A stretch of DNA of 55,885 bases, taken from the NCBI GenBank assembly GCA_001938485.1, contig MQRK01217566.1, positions 1 to 55,885 on the forward strand, in the 5' to 3' direction. Position 1 is the first letter of the stretch, and every line of letters starts with the position of its first letter. Under the pieces are notes generated by a model, which was given only the letters and a program-made list of their open reading frames with translations, was not told where the DNA came from and did no database searches. Shown piece after piece: positions 1-12,146 of the stretch. The translations under genes were made by a program, and so were the position numbers. This DNA is from Girardia tigrina (Eukaryota).

Positions 1-270
1 TAATTTTTAAAAATATTTAACAAGCAAATTAATATAAAAATATTTTACCCTTTAAATTAAAAAATAATAAACTATTCAGGCGAGATAAAAAATTAAAATT
101 AACCCCTCATAATATCAATTGTTATTACTGTAAGAATATTTTAAATATGTATTTATTTTGTCATATTTTTACTCTACATTTTAGTTTTTTAATATATTTC
201 TTTTAAATTTTCAAATTAAAAAATAATAAACTATTTTGGCGAAACTTAAATTTAAACTAACCCCTTATAA

Positions 271-317
271 CAATAATAATAATAATAATAATAATAATAA
301 TTATTATTATTATTATT
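271..317. repeat. (AAT)n-(TTA)n self-complementary microsatellite
   Basis: An (AAT) run is followed directly by a (TTA) run. Confidence 0.9.
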
Positions 318-622
318 TGTTACAGTACACCAAATTGTCAACCCTCAATTGTACCCCAACGGGTTTCAAGAAAAATATCATATGAATCACCAAATAACAA
401 AAAATTATCATTTACTTTTTTTTGTGGGAGCGAATTTTTTTCTCAAATGTATATTACTTATATTACTATTATTACCATTATGTATCACTAGGTATTACAT
501 TCATATATTGAATAAATGATAGTAGGATCTTGTGGGGAGAATGCTCATTTTCCCCCTACTAATGATTTTTAAATTAAATCTTTAGTTATTGTTTTATTTT
601 CAAAATTATCATGAATGATGCT

Positions 623-1060
623 TGTTAAGAGAACTCACACATTTGACAGAACATTTATTACATTCACATTTCTTATCATCTTTATGATGATCAATAGTAT
701 TGCTTTCACTTAGATACATCAATCAATTTTCATTATCTCTCATTATAATCTGTACTATACTTGAGAAAATTATTTTATTAAAAAATATTTAATTTAAAAT
801 TTATTAGCTTAAATAAAATATTTCTATAGTCAATTTTAAACATAAATTTGTTTTTAATTATTTAAAAATTTACAAAAATAAAATCAATAAATTTATTTAA
901 AAGTTACAATAATAAAAATTAAAAATTTGAATATTAAATCTAAATTTAAATAAATTAGTTTCAGATTATAAGAATTAAAATATTGATCATCCATCTGATT
1001 AGGAGAGGCACAAGTCAAAATCAATACACAACATTTAAACATGTAAACACTACACAAAAA
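623..1060 (-). mobile_element. Truncated solo LTR of the Gypsy LTR family (TGTGAGG...CTTAACA)
   Basis: Near-identical to 17092-17530. The minus strand ends ...GTTCTCTTAACA; the 5' TGTGAGG end is missing. Confidence 0.75.
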
Positions 1061-1324
1061 CATCCATATACCAAATATAAGAGGCGATTTTGTTTTTTTG
1101 CTTTTCGCTATGGGGTAAAATCAACTTACACAAAAATATTTTGGGATGACGAGAATAAAAGTTCCCCGACCGCTGATCTACTCTGATCATCATCAGTAAT
1201 TTATACTTTCAAATAAATTTAAGTTATTTGTTTGCAGGAGTTTTCGAAAACAACATAACCATATTATATGGAGCTACATTGTATATATATATAATTAAGA
1301 ACGCTATTAAAATCAAATTTTATT

Positions 1325-1361
1325 GCAATATATTTCGGTGGATTTTCCACCATCTTCAGGC
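1325..1361 (-). ncRNA. Minimal type I hammerhead ribozyme (inverted pLTR copy)
   Basis: Minus strand: GC-CTGAAGA-T-GGTGG-AAAAT-CCACC-GAAA-TATA-TT-GC. Confidence 0.8.
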
Positions 1362-1655
1362 TGAATTAACAATAATTTCGCTGTCTTATATATAGCAAAT
1401 TGATGATTATGCAAACATCTTGCGTAATAACTAATTAAATATTTTCAACAAATTGGAAGAGAGACTTGTTTGTACATTAATGGACGGATTAAGTGATTTA
1501 ATCAATAATGCCTCACAAGTAACTCTTTCCCATTAATTTTTAAAATTACTGCACAATATTTTAAAATTAGTTGTTTTCACCTCCGACTTACAACCCTTCA
1601 TATGTCCAGCAATATTACTGCCATTACCCAATCGTCCATGCTCCTGAATGCGTTT

Positions 1656-2245
1656 CCAATGGCTATTCGAAATCATTTTTAGAGAAATTAACTAATGAGA
1701 CGATAGATAAATTAATGAATAAAGAACATGAGGGTAAAGACGAATTAAAACCCGATAAATTATCCAATGAAAATTTTAATATTGGATATACGCTAATCGT
1801 TCCTTATTCAGAAGGTTACAAAAAATTGAAATCGTCTATTTTAAAATTAATCGATAGTAAAAATTTGAATTTAAAAATCATTTCTAAATCTTACAAAATT
1901 TAAAATATGTTCAGCAATAAATCTCGTACTCCTTTGAGTTTATGTTCCAATCTGGTTTATGAATTTTCGTGTAATGGGTGCAACGCTACATACATTGGAG
2001 AGATGTCTCGTCATTTCTGCAAACGGATTCAGGAGCATGGGCGATTGGGTAATGGGAGTAATATTGCTGGACATATGAAGGGTTGTAAGTCGGAGGTTAA
2101 AACAACTAATTTTAAAATATTGTGCTGTAATTTTAAAAATTATTGGGAAAAATTTACTGATGAGGCATTATTGATTAAATCACTTAATCCGTCCATTAAT
2201 GTACAAACAAGTCTCTCTTCCAATTTGTTGAAAATATTTAATTAG
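1656..2245 (+). pseudogene. Penelope RT C-terminus + GIY-YIG endonuclease (internal stop at 1901-1903)
   Basis: Motifs NGYSKSF, IVPYSEG, VYEFSCNGCNATYIGEMSRHFCKRIQEH and EALLIKSLNPSIN. Confidence 0.88.
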
Positions 2246-2314
2246 TTATTACGCAAGATGTTTGCATAATCATCAATTTGCTATATATAAGACAGCGAAA
2301 TTATTGTTAATTCA

Positions 2315-2351
2315 GCCTGAAGATGGTGGAAAATTCACCGAAATATATTGC
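2315..2351 (+). ncRNA. Minimal type I hammerhead ribozyme
   Basis: GC-CTGAAGA-T-GGTGG-AAAAT-TCACC-GAAA-TATA-TT-GC, followed by AATAAA. Confidence 0.8.
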
Positions 2352-2439
2352 AATAAAATTTGATTTTAATGGCGTTCTTAATTATAAAATTTTGCAATTA
2401 TTTTATAAATTTCTTATATATATATATAATATTCTTATA

Positions 2440-3090
2440 CAGTGTTTCCAAAACTGTGGTCCACAAACACATTGGAGTCCGCGAAATGAACTAATAAATT
2501 CTATAAAAAATTCCTCTGGGTAATATTTTATTTAAAATTAATAAAACAAATCCATGTTATTAAAACGACAATGTAATATGAATTTATTATTATGCTAAAT
2601 ATATTATTTACTACAATCTAACTCTTTGTTTTAATAATTAAAATACGTTTTTCTTTTGATTCATCAATATAAGCAAATATATTCGTAATTTTAAAACCAA
2701 GGTATAATCTAATTTTTCAAATTTAATTTAATATAACGTACATGTATGAACAAGGATTTTTAGCACTTGTTTATCGCAAAAAATCATTTGAAAGTTGAAC
2801 CATACTTAATGATACATTTGTCAGAAATATCAGCAAATATTATCGAGTTAGTGAACAAAAGGTAACATCATCAATCTCCGTAATTTGTGATATATTATAA
2901 TAAATATGTAAAATTATTCAAAATGTTGTTTTTTTTGTAAATTGATATGTAATTCTAATAGAATTGTTATTAATTTTCGGTTAAATATTAATAAACACGA
3001 ACAATTGAAACAAAAATATAGATATAGGGTCCGCAGAGACAATAATTATTATGCAAGGGGTCCACGATTCAAAAAGTTTGGGAAGCACTG
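2440..3090. mobile_element. hAT (Charlie/Buster-like) non-autonomous MITE
   Basis: TIRs CAGTGTTTCCAAAACT / AGTTTGGGAAGCACTG, subterminal GGTCCRC motifs, imperfect 8-bp flanks TTCTTATA / TTCTATAA. Confidence 0.7.
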
Positions 3091-4789
3091 TTCTATAATA
3101 AAACTATACGAAAATATTTATAACTTCCGTTTTTGTAAGAAATTCATACTCTTTACCGACGCTTCTACAGAAGGAAAATAAATACATAATTGATAAAAGG
3201 CAACATGGACATATGTAAGAATATCAAAATGTTCATTTTGACATGTTAACCTAAAAATAGAAGATAAGAACCTACTAACACCTTCAAAACTTACCAAATT
3301 CAGGAACGCAGAATTTTGTGAAAAATCGAGACACTAAACGATTACTGACAAATAGTCAGTAATATATTTAAAAACAAAATAGGTTATGCCAATTTAAAAA
3401 TAAATAAATACCACTTGGATGGTTAAATAATCTGCAATGTCAGTACATATCACAGCCTCAGACTAGCAGCAGGTTTATTCACAGACATTCATAAAAGACA
3501 AAAAGAATGCTGCAAAAAATAAAATCAATACAAAGCAGTAATTTTTAAAATTAAACCGACTTATCATATGAAAGTAGATCAGAGAAAACTCCAATCTTCC
3601 AAACAATAAAAATAAAATTCATACCCATGGTAGCAATCTAGAATCTTCAGTTCTCCATGGAACGGATTCAGTATAAATATTAAACTATTTCAGTCAAAAT
3701 TTCAAAATAATTTCAAAAATAAATTTAGACGAAAATATTAAGTCAAATTTTGTAGAAAAATTGAGAAAGTCCTTCAGGCAGATCTCAGAAGATTATTTAG
3801 GTCGAAGATCACTTTCAGCAGCATCAAAACTAATTGTCCGTTTTGATTTTGGAATATTTTCGAATGTTATATCACAAATGTCCTTCATGAAAAATTCAAT
3901 AAGATATAGATAGAAAAAAAATATCATAGAAAACTGATATAAGTCAAACTATTTACTTATAAACATTATAAATTTTCGGTCTTTGATTTAAAAATTAACA
4001 TTTGAAATTTTCTTTAGAATTTCGATTTGCAATTTTTGATTGAATTTTACTAAAATATAATATAAATAAATTCTTTAGGTTTACTGCAATTAAATAAATT
4101 AGATTCGAAGTGTTTTGTATGATTGAAAATATTTTTATTTATCAAAAAATAAATAATCTGTTACAATTAAATTTAAGAAAAACTATAAACGATCAAAATA
4201 AAAAAATTAAATTTAATTAAACATTCATAATTATTATTACAAATAGATAAAGTTGTCAAAATTAGTTAAAAGTACAAAATTTTGTATAAAAAATCTAAGT
4301 ATTTTAATCTTCAAAGTAACACTGAAAATTTAGTAATTAGTAAGAAGGAATCATAAGATGCCTCTTTGTGATTTATATGATTTATTTGAACCATCTAAAA
4401 TATTATTAAATGATATTCCTAATAGTATCAGTGATACTATTGGTATATTATCATGAACTATCATTAGAAATTTGTAATAATGAAACTATTAGAATAAAAA
4501 TAGTAGTGATACTATTAGGTTTAATGATACTGTTAGGAGTTATCCATTATGGTTCCTTGACAATCGCGTAAAGACAATTGTGTACATAAAAATTTCTAAC
4601 GTAAAAAAATGATTGATTACACTGGGTAACAGCCAAAAAATTGTCAGGGATTTCTCAGCCGATTTAGACTAATTTTGATGTTCTGAGTCCGAATATCACA
4701 TTGTTTTCGTTCTATCAGGTCAACTTTTTGAGATACAGCCATATGCCTACCTGGCCTTTATATAATTATATATATAAAATATATCCTCC

Positions 4790-5587
4790 ACAACGGGAAC
4801 CAGTTCTCCTCAATCCCTCTTGCGCACTCCAAAACTCTCCAAATAAAATATGAAACAGAGAAGCACATGCTCGAAAAAATCCTATATGCGCAGCACCTAT
4901 GGATGATCTGCGTTGACTTAAAGATTGTGAACTCTCTATTTGGTCAGCAGTCCGAGTTCACGAAGTATCCATGCTTTATATGAATGTGGAACAGTCGAGA
5001 CAAAGCCTAACACTCTGTAAAGAAGGAGTGTCTACCGCGAGAGCAGTTAATACCAGGGGCGAGAAACATCATAAACGAACCTCTTGTTGACTGGGAGAAG
5101 ATATTGATCTCCCCGATACATATGAAGCTTCAGTTAATGAAACAGTTTGTGCGTACTGTGGACAGTGTTGGGATGGACCATTGAAAAGCTGTCGGTCGGA
5201 ATTTTCAATGACCCACAGATACGGTAGCTCATAAAGGACACAGAGTTTCAAAACTCCATGAAAACGCTGCATTGCACCGCGTTGGAATCGTTCGTGCAGG
5301 TATTGAACAACTTCCTGGGGAACATTAAGGCAGCAAACCACGCCAGACTCATCATCAGTTGTTTGAGGAGTATAAAGATACACTTCCTGTTCTCTCACAT
5401 AGAGAAGTGTCCTGAAAACCTTCGGGTGATGAACGACAAGCAGAATGAAAGGTTCCATCAGGACATTCGCCAAATGGAGAAGCGGTACAACGAGAGGTGG
5501 GAAGCAGTCATGATGGCGGACTGTTGCTGGTCGCCGAAGAGAGACAACCCAGCAGCTCCTCACACACAGGAATCGAAGAAACGCTGA
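4790..5587 (+). pseudogene. Chapaev3-type transposase, C-terminal half
   Basis: WMICVDLKIV..GQQSEFTKYPCF, HMKLQLMKQFV, KIHFLFSH..PENL..ERFHQDI..ME.RY..RW..MMADCCW; contains stops and frameshifts. Confidence 0.8.
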
Positions 5588-5830
5588 TTTATGCCGCGAA
5601 TTCTTAACTTTTGTGTCATGTAAAGCTCATTCGTATACTAATATTAGGTTAGTCGAAAAATAATGGCGGTTTTTGAGCTTTATACTTTGTTTATCTACTT
5701 TGATATGTATATAAGTTTAAATGCATTAGTGTTAGATATTATTTGAAATCTTATGCCNNNNNNNNNNNNNNNNNNNNNNNNNNNNNNNNNNNNNNNNNNN
5801 NNNNNNNNNNNNNNNNNNNNNNNNNNNNNN

Positions 5831-7698
5831 GAAAAAATTAAAATTCGAGCAATTTTCTTGTACGAATTTAAACTGGGTCGTAAAGCAGCAGAAACGGCTC
5901 GCAATATCAATAAAGCATTTGGCAAGGGAACAGCTTCTGAGCGCACAGTATAACGATGGTTCCGAAAATTTTCTGATGGAGATGAAAACCTTGAAAATGA
6001 AGAAGGTCGTGGTCGTCCATGCAAAGATAGAGATTAGGCAGTGTTGTCCAATCTCTATTTTTACTATAAAACAAAAGTTGTTAACAAAACTAAACTAGCC
6101 CAACTCAATATATCAAGGAATTGCGTTAGGTTAATTTAGTGTTCGAGAAAATAAAACAATTATGCTAAGAGGAAAATAACGATCAACAAAAAAACTCTTT
6201 TAATTCAACACAATAAAATAACATACGAGAGAGAGAGAACGGCACGGATAAATCTTGATTTCGATTTGTGCTTATTATGCAAAGATTTCAAAGGAATGAT
6301 TTTCTGTTGTAGCAATATCGATGGAAACGTCAGAGAATCACTCGGTTGTACAACGAGATTTTGAGGAAAACAGATTATATGGAGAGATGTACTTTCAGGG
6401 GGTATATTGATGAATTGGTTTGCAGAAAATTCCTTTGCGAACCGATTTTTACGAAAGAAAACGCTCTGGATGGCTGTAGTTTCCAAGGGAGCTTGATTCG
6501 AATTGTCAAAGGATACGTATCAAAAAAACTCTTCAGTGAATTGCGCTGTATATTTTGTTTGATAAATTTCGTCTTCTTAGTATTTTCTTTTGTCTTTATG
6601 TTTCATTGATTTTTTTTAAATTTCAATTAATCATTGTCATTTAATATTTATAATATAAATTATAGTAAATAATGGGATGGGCTTTTTTATACCGCTGCCC
6701 CGTCTTGGTCTTTCCTCTTTCCTTCACATTATTTCAAAATTTGATCTCTTCTTGATTTTCTTTTTCTTGTTCAACAAAAAATACAAACAAAAAAAATATT
6801 GAACACAAAAGTCAAAGATTACATAAATAAAATGAACAAACAGTGTCAATAAGTAGGGTACTGCAGTCCAGTTGCTGTGAACAACGACAATTTGAGGACA
6901 ATGGTGGAAACAGATCCCCGTACAACAATCAGAGAACTTGCAGATGGGTTGGGCATTAGTCATTCAACACTCCTGTATCATTTAAAGCAACTTGGAAAAA
7001 TCAAGAAACTTGATAAATAGGTTCCACATGATTTGAATGAAAATCAAAAGAACCGACGCTATGAAATTTGTTCTGTCAATCATCTTCGCAATAAAAACGA
7101 TCCATTTCTTGATCGTATTGTTACCTGTGATGAGAAATGGATCCTGTATGATAACCGACGTCGATCTGCACAGTGGTTGGACAAAGATGAAGTACCGAAA
7201 CACTTTTCAAAACTGAAACTAACACCCCGTAAGGTTATGGTGACAGTTTGGTGGTGTGATGCTGGAATCCTCCACTATAGTTTCTTGATTCCAGGTGAAA
7301 CAATTACAGCAGAGAGGTACTGTCATGAAATTGATGAAATGCATAAAAAATTGAAAACCCTTTGTCCAGGATTGGTCAATCGAAAAAGTCCCATCCATCT
7401 TCATGATAACGCTAGACCTCATATTTCTATAGTGACTCTTCAAAAGCTTAATGAGTTGGGCTATGAAACCCTGCTTCATCCACCATATTCACCAGACCTC
7501 TCACCAACGGACTTCTACTTTTTCAGGCATTTCTACAATTTCCTACGTGAAAAAATTTTTAAAAACCAAAATGATGCTCAAAATGCCTTCCAAGAATTCG
7601 TCGCTTCGAGAACCAATGCATTTTATGCTGATGGAATAAAAAAACTTGTTTCTCGTTGGCAAAATTGTATTGATACCAACGGTTGATACTTTGATTAA
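5831..7698 (+). pseudogene. mariner transposase (split by 6020-6865 insertion; premature stops)
   Basis: IRAIFLYEFKLG (HTH), TCDEKW, HDNARPH, HPPYSPDLSPTDF. Confidence 0.93.
6020..6865. mobile_element. Solo LTR (846 bp) inserted in mariner
   Basis: TGCA...TGCA termini with exact 5-bp TSD GTCCA (6015-19, 6866-70). Removal restores the mariner frame GRPVAVNND. Confidence 0.85.
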
Positions 7699-9925
7699 TA
7701 AACATTTGTTTCTGTGAATTTGCACGTCTTTGAAGTTTGTGTCCCAAAACCGCCATTATTTTTCGACAAACCTAATATTATGTTTAATTATGCTTATCAA
7801 ATTCGATGAACTGAATAAAAACTGAATAAATTCGGATACGTAGACTTTTATTTCTTTAGTAAAACGGAAAGAATCATCAGTGGTTTCTGAGCTGATGATC
7901 TGCAGAAATCTTTTTTTAAGAAAAAAAGATTTTTTATTAAATTTCTGTGACAAAAAAGCCTGACCTGATTGAGCAAAACCAATGTCATTTTCGGACTCAG
8001 AGCATCAAAATTAGTCTAATTCAGCTGGAAAACCCTGGGTAATTTTCAAAAAATATTTTTTTGTTACCCAAAGTTATTTTATTTAATGAAAGAAACCGCA
8101 AACCTTTCCACAACCCTTACCTGAACACCAACCGTAATCCAAATTCTAACCCTAAAAATAACCTTAACCCTAACAGATTAAATTCAATGATTACAAAATT
8201 AGGGTGACAAACTCAAGTATGTGAGGAGATTGGAAAATAATTTAATCAATAATTTCAATTATCGATTTTCAATAAATGTTTAATGAATCTTTATTTCTTT
8301 TGATTTTTAGCTTTCCATTTTAAAAATATAATTCTCTGTTAATTAAACAGAATTTGTGAAATATTTGAATTGTCATCATTTCATTCAAAACCGTGAATAA
8401 TTTAATAATCTTTACACCATTTTTATTTACACAATTGTTCATGTACGCAATTGTCTGGTCACCATTCGTTATATTAGTATATGAAAATATCAGTATTTTA
8501 CCTAGGAACAAAAGCATAATTAGACTTCAAATTTAAGAGTTGAAGTATAAAATATAAAGAAATTGATAATTTAATAGAAATAAAAGACATAAAAAGAAAA
8601 AGTATAAATGACAATAGAAATACTGGACAAAGAAAAGAAGAATCTTTCTAAAGATCTACTAGAGAAAAACGAAAATTGAATCAAAATTTGTAGGAGATGA
8701 AAAAAAATTATGAATGATAAAGAATCGAAAATACAGAATCATCTTAAAAAATATTAATTTGTAAAATAAACAAAACAGTATTAGAAGTAGAAAATTTAAA
8801 AAGAAAAATAAAGATTTTTTTAGTTGTTCAAGATCGGAGTAATGTAAATTTCTGAGAAATCCAAGACGAAGCATTTAAAAAGAAGAATAGGTATTTTAAA
8901 ACTAAATAATCACAAATCAAGTTTCTTATTTTAGATTTACTGAAGGATTAAAAAGGGTATTATTGCATACATTTATAAGTAATGAAAAAGTGGAAGAAAA
9001 GAAAAAAGGCAAGGACATATGTTGTTCAGTACCAGCGAGAGAATGGGATTATATTGAAAGGAACTGAGAAATGTTGTTGGTTTCTGATGAAAATAAACGT
9101 TTCAGTAAATGAGAAGAGCTATGGTGCATATAGATCAAGTGGTGGACAAATCTAACAATCAGATTGAGAGTAGATAAGATGAATACGAGGAGATCAGAGA
9201 TGTGATGATTGAAGAGGCTAGACGTTCCTTTTAAAAAGAGACTATAGTCAGTTCATGCCGGAGGAAATGATGACTTAGACGAGAAATGAACCAATATTAT
9301 TGTTTTCTCTGTGATGAGTATATGTTTCTTTTATTTTAATGTGAAAAATATTTAAAAAAAAACAAAATTAAAAAAAGATTTTAAATTTGAAATATTTGTC
9401 GTCAAAGTAAGTGAACTTTCGAAACCATTGAACTAGAATTAAACTATTGCTATAGTTTTAATATGAGACAAAGAATTCCTAGTCATTTGGAATGTAATCA
9501 TTGAAGCAATTTAAGTTATTAATATTAGTACAATAAGTTATTATTATTTCACTAGAAATTCTATAAATATAATAAAATCGTTTATAAAGTTTCCAAAAGT
9601 ATAATTGTTTTCTAATACACTATAATATTTATTTATAGTTTAGTGCATATAAATTACTTATATTTTAATACAAAAAAATTATACAATTTAAATAAAAATC
9701 AATATTACTTATGAGAATATATCAGTAATTTAAAAAGAAAAGGAATCAATAAAAATATGAGGGGTTAATTTACATTTGCATCTCGCCAAAATAATTTATT
9801 AGTTTTTTAATTTAAAAGTTAAAATATTTTTATGTTAATATGCTTATTAAATGTTTTAAAATTAAAAATGATATTATAGTAATACTACATTTTAATTAAT
9901 ATATAAGTATATATACATTAATATG

Positions 9926-9970
<45 letters not shown>

Positions 9971-9985
9971 TAATTGATTAATAAA

Positions 9986-10960
9986 ATCAAAAAATCGATG
10001 GAATGAAATCCAAGTCGTAGTCAATCCAAGCAGTTAATGACTTTCGCCAGAAATCATTCCAAATCGCATTTTTAATGGATAAAATCAGTTGTTTCCATTG
10101 CTCGAGGAAATGTAAAGGCGATGCGCTGGAAACGACGTGTTGTTTATCCGAAATACAACGTCGGAAACCCTCAGATTCGGATTGCATTAGTGTCGTATTG
10201 GACATAATTGGTTAGCTTGACGTGACACAATCCGTCGTGATTTATCGAATTCAAAGAGAGAATTCCATGTCAGATCCTGTGATAATGTGCAGTTGTACCA
10301 TGTCCATCTATGAATCGATTGACTACCTCACAAATATCATAAGACTCGGTTTATTATGATTATTATTTCTTAACTGTCTTGCCGATAATTCAAATTTTAT
10401 TGAGTAACTTTTATCAAGAATTTGATTTAATTAATCAGTCTTTCATTTACTGTAACAAGGGAGTATGTTTTGTCAAAAGTACGGCAATGTTATTTTTATG
10501 TATGTTATGATATGTACCGTTATGCAAACACATAATACGTCGACCATAGGTCGAAATAATAGATTCCTACCGTTCCAAACTAGTATGTAGGTATACGGTA
10601 CCAGTCAATGTCAGCGGATTTTGTCGCATGTAGAAAACCAACAAATCGATTTCAATAACAGCTGCGACGCATCCAACCGTAGCACTAATCATTTATCGGG
10701 GTTTCTGGTTTAGTCGGTACTGGAAATTCGTCACACTTGGCACTCTCGCCGACGAATCTCCATCAAACTGCCGACACCTAAACCGCTCGCATAGTGAGTT
10801 TCACCCGATGAATGTTTGGTAGCAGTCTAAACATGGAATCTACATTTGTTCAGCAAATCTCATGTTGATGATATCAGTTGACACATTTTTTACTGGTACA
10901 GAAAGGTACTTATTACTGATTTGAAGCTAAAGAGAACAATCTATTTATTTCAAACCACTA
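9986..10960 (+). pseudogene. Probable heavily decayed Gypsy pol remnant
   Basis: Elevated GC. Weak motifs IGHNWL (protease end) and ILSH..NKSISIT/CDAS (RNase H start). Confidence 0.3.
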
Positions 10961-11431
10961 ATGCCAACTATCCTGAAATAAACTTATGTTGATCTAATTA
11001 AACAATAAATTTTTCCAGATTATTTTGTGTTATTTATTTTATTTAGTTAATGGAAGATAGAAATCCACTCGTTCTTATTTTCCATTACAGATATAATAAA
11101 GCAACTATTAAAAATTAAAAACTTACTTAAAAATAAAACGATTTTAAAGTGTTTAATAAATATTTTAAATATTTTTATTTTTTAAAAATATAATAAAAGA
11201 AAATCATTAAAAATTAAATACTTATTTAAAAATAAAAAGTAAGTTTTTAATGTATCTATTAAATATCTTAAAATTAAAAATGATAAGAAAACAATTTAGG
11301 ATTAAAAACTTATTTATAAATAAAAATATTTTTACAGTCATAACAATTTATATATTTTAATAGAAGTTATGAAACAATTTAAAATAAATTTTTAGTTTTA
11401 ATGTGAAAATTATTTAATAAATTTAAAATTT

Positions 11432-11850
11432 AAAAAACAAAAAACGATCATCAGAATTTATTGTGATTAATTTCGACGGATCAACCGTCATCATCAGACT
11501 GAATTAACAATGATATACTCGCGTTTATATATCAAAGCAATGTTTANNNNNNNNNNNNNNNNNNNNNNNNNNNNNNNNNNNNNNNNNNNNNNNNNNNNNN
11601 NNNNNNNNGACATTGATTTTAGGATCAAAAGATTTAATCAACAATGCTTCACACATCACCCTCTCCCAGTAATTATCAAATTGTGAACACAAAATCTTAA
11701 AATTACTTACGTCAACTTTACTATTCATGCAGTTCTTCTTATGTTGAGCAATATTGCTATCACTTTCCCTGCGATTATGTTCCTGAATCCGTTTACAGAT
11801 TTGACGACAAGTCTCTCCGATGTATGTGGCGTCACACCCATTACATTTAA
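11432..11850 (-). mobile_element. Penelope-like 3' fragment (GIY-YIG + pLTR)
   Basis: Minus strand KCNGCDATYIGETCRQICKRIQEH...NYWERVMCEALLIKSFDPKINV, then TATA, hammerhead and AATAAA. Confidence 0.88.
11463..11499 (-). ncRNA. Minimal type I hammerhead ribozyme
   Basis: Minus strand: GT-CTGATGA-T-GACGG-TTGAT-CCGTC-GAAA-TTAA-TC-AC. Confidence 0.85.
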
Positions 11851-12146
11851 ATTAAAGATTTTTAATTCCCAACAATTTAACACCACAATTTCTTAATATA
11901 ACAACAATTCACATATTTAAACAAATTTTCCTGTTATTTAAATTATCTCGCCACAAATTAATCTATTAAATTCTTTTCGATTTAAACTTTGTTAAATTTT
12001 AAAAATTGAATCGAAAAGAATTTAATAGATTAATTTGTGGCGAGATAATTGAAATAACAGGAAAATTTGTTTAAATATGTGAATTGTTGTTATATTAAGA
12101 AATTGTGGTGTTAAAGTGTTGGGAATTAAAAATCTTTAATTTAAAT
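11845..12146. repeat. Inverted repeat, 138-bp arms (11845-11982 / 12009-12146)
   Basis: Direct comparison shows the arms are near-perfect reverse complements. Confidence 0.92.

Larger units (their letters stand above)
1290..2386 (+). mobile_element. 5'-truncated Penelope-like retroelement with inverted pseudo-LTR
   Basis: 1290-1655 is the reverse complement of 2021-2386. The interior encodes the PLE RT C-terminus and GIY-YIG endonuclease, and each arm carries a hammerhead. Confidence 0.9.
5644..7775 (+). mobile_element. mariner (D,D34D) transposon, family A, interrupted by a solo LTR
   Basis: TIRs TTAGGTTAGTCGAAAAATAATGGCGGTTTT / AAAACCGCCATTATTTTTCGACAAACCTAA with TA TSD. Confidence 0.95.
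4620..8073 (+). mobile_element. Chapaev3 (CMC) DNA transposon, internally deleted
   Basis: ~110-bp imperfect TIRs beginning CACTGGGTAACA and ending TGTTACCCAAAG, with 3-bp TSD TTA on both sides. Confidence 0.8.
4551..8463. mobile_element. MULE-like non-autonomous element (outer layer of nest)
   Basis: Termini GGTTCCTTGACAATCGCGTA / TACGCAATTGTCTGGTCACC. 9-bp flanks ATCCATTAT / ATTCGTTAT match at 7/9. Internal degenerate TAACCC repeats at 8092-8172. Confidence 0.55.

Noticed and set aside
1160-1200. Hammerhead-like CTGATGA-TGATC..GATCA on the minus strand
   Set aside because: No GAAA box after the stem.
5069-5563. 164-aa minus ORF and similar antisense ORFs over transposases and gag
   Set aside because: Shadow frames of TE coding sequence on the opposite strand.
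8092-8172. Interstitial telomere
   Set aside because: Highly degenerate TAACCC units inside the MULE-like element.
8500-9300. Purine-rich stretch resembling a Gypsy integrase region; similar faint remnants at 16400-16760, 17700-18480, 37930-38280, 45060-45760 and 47090-47740
   Set aside because: Too degenerate to assign by eye; needs a profile search.
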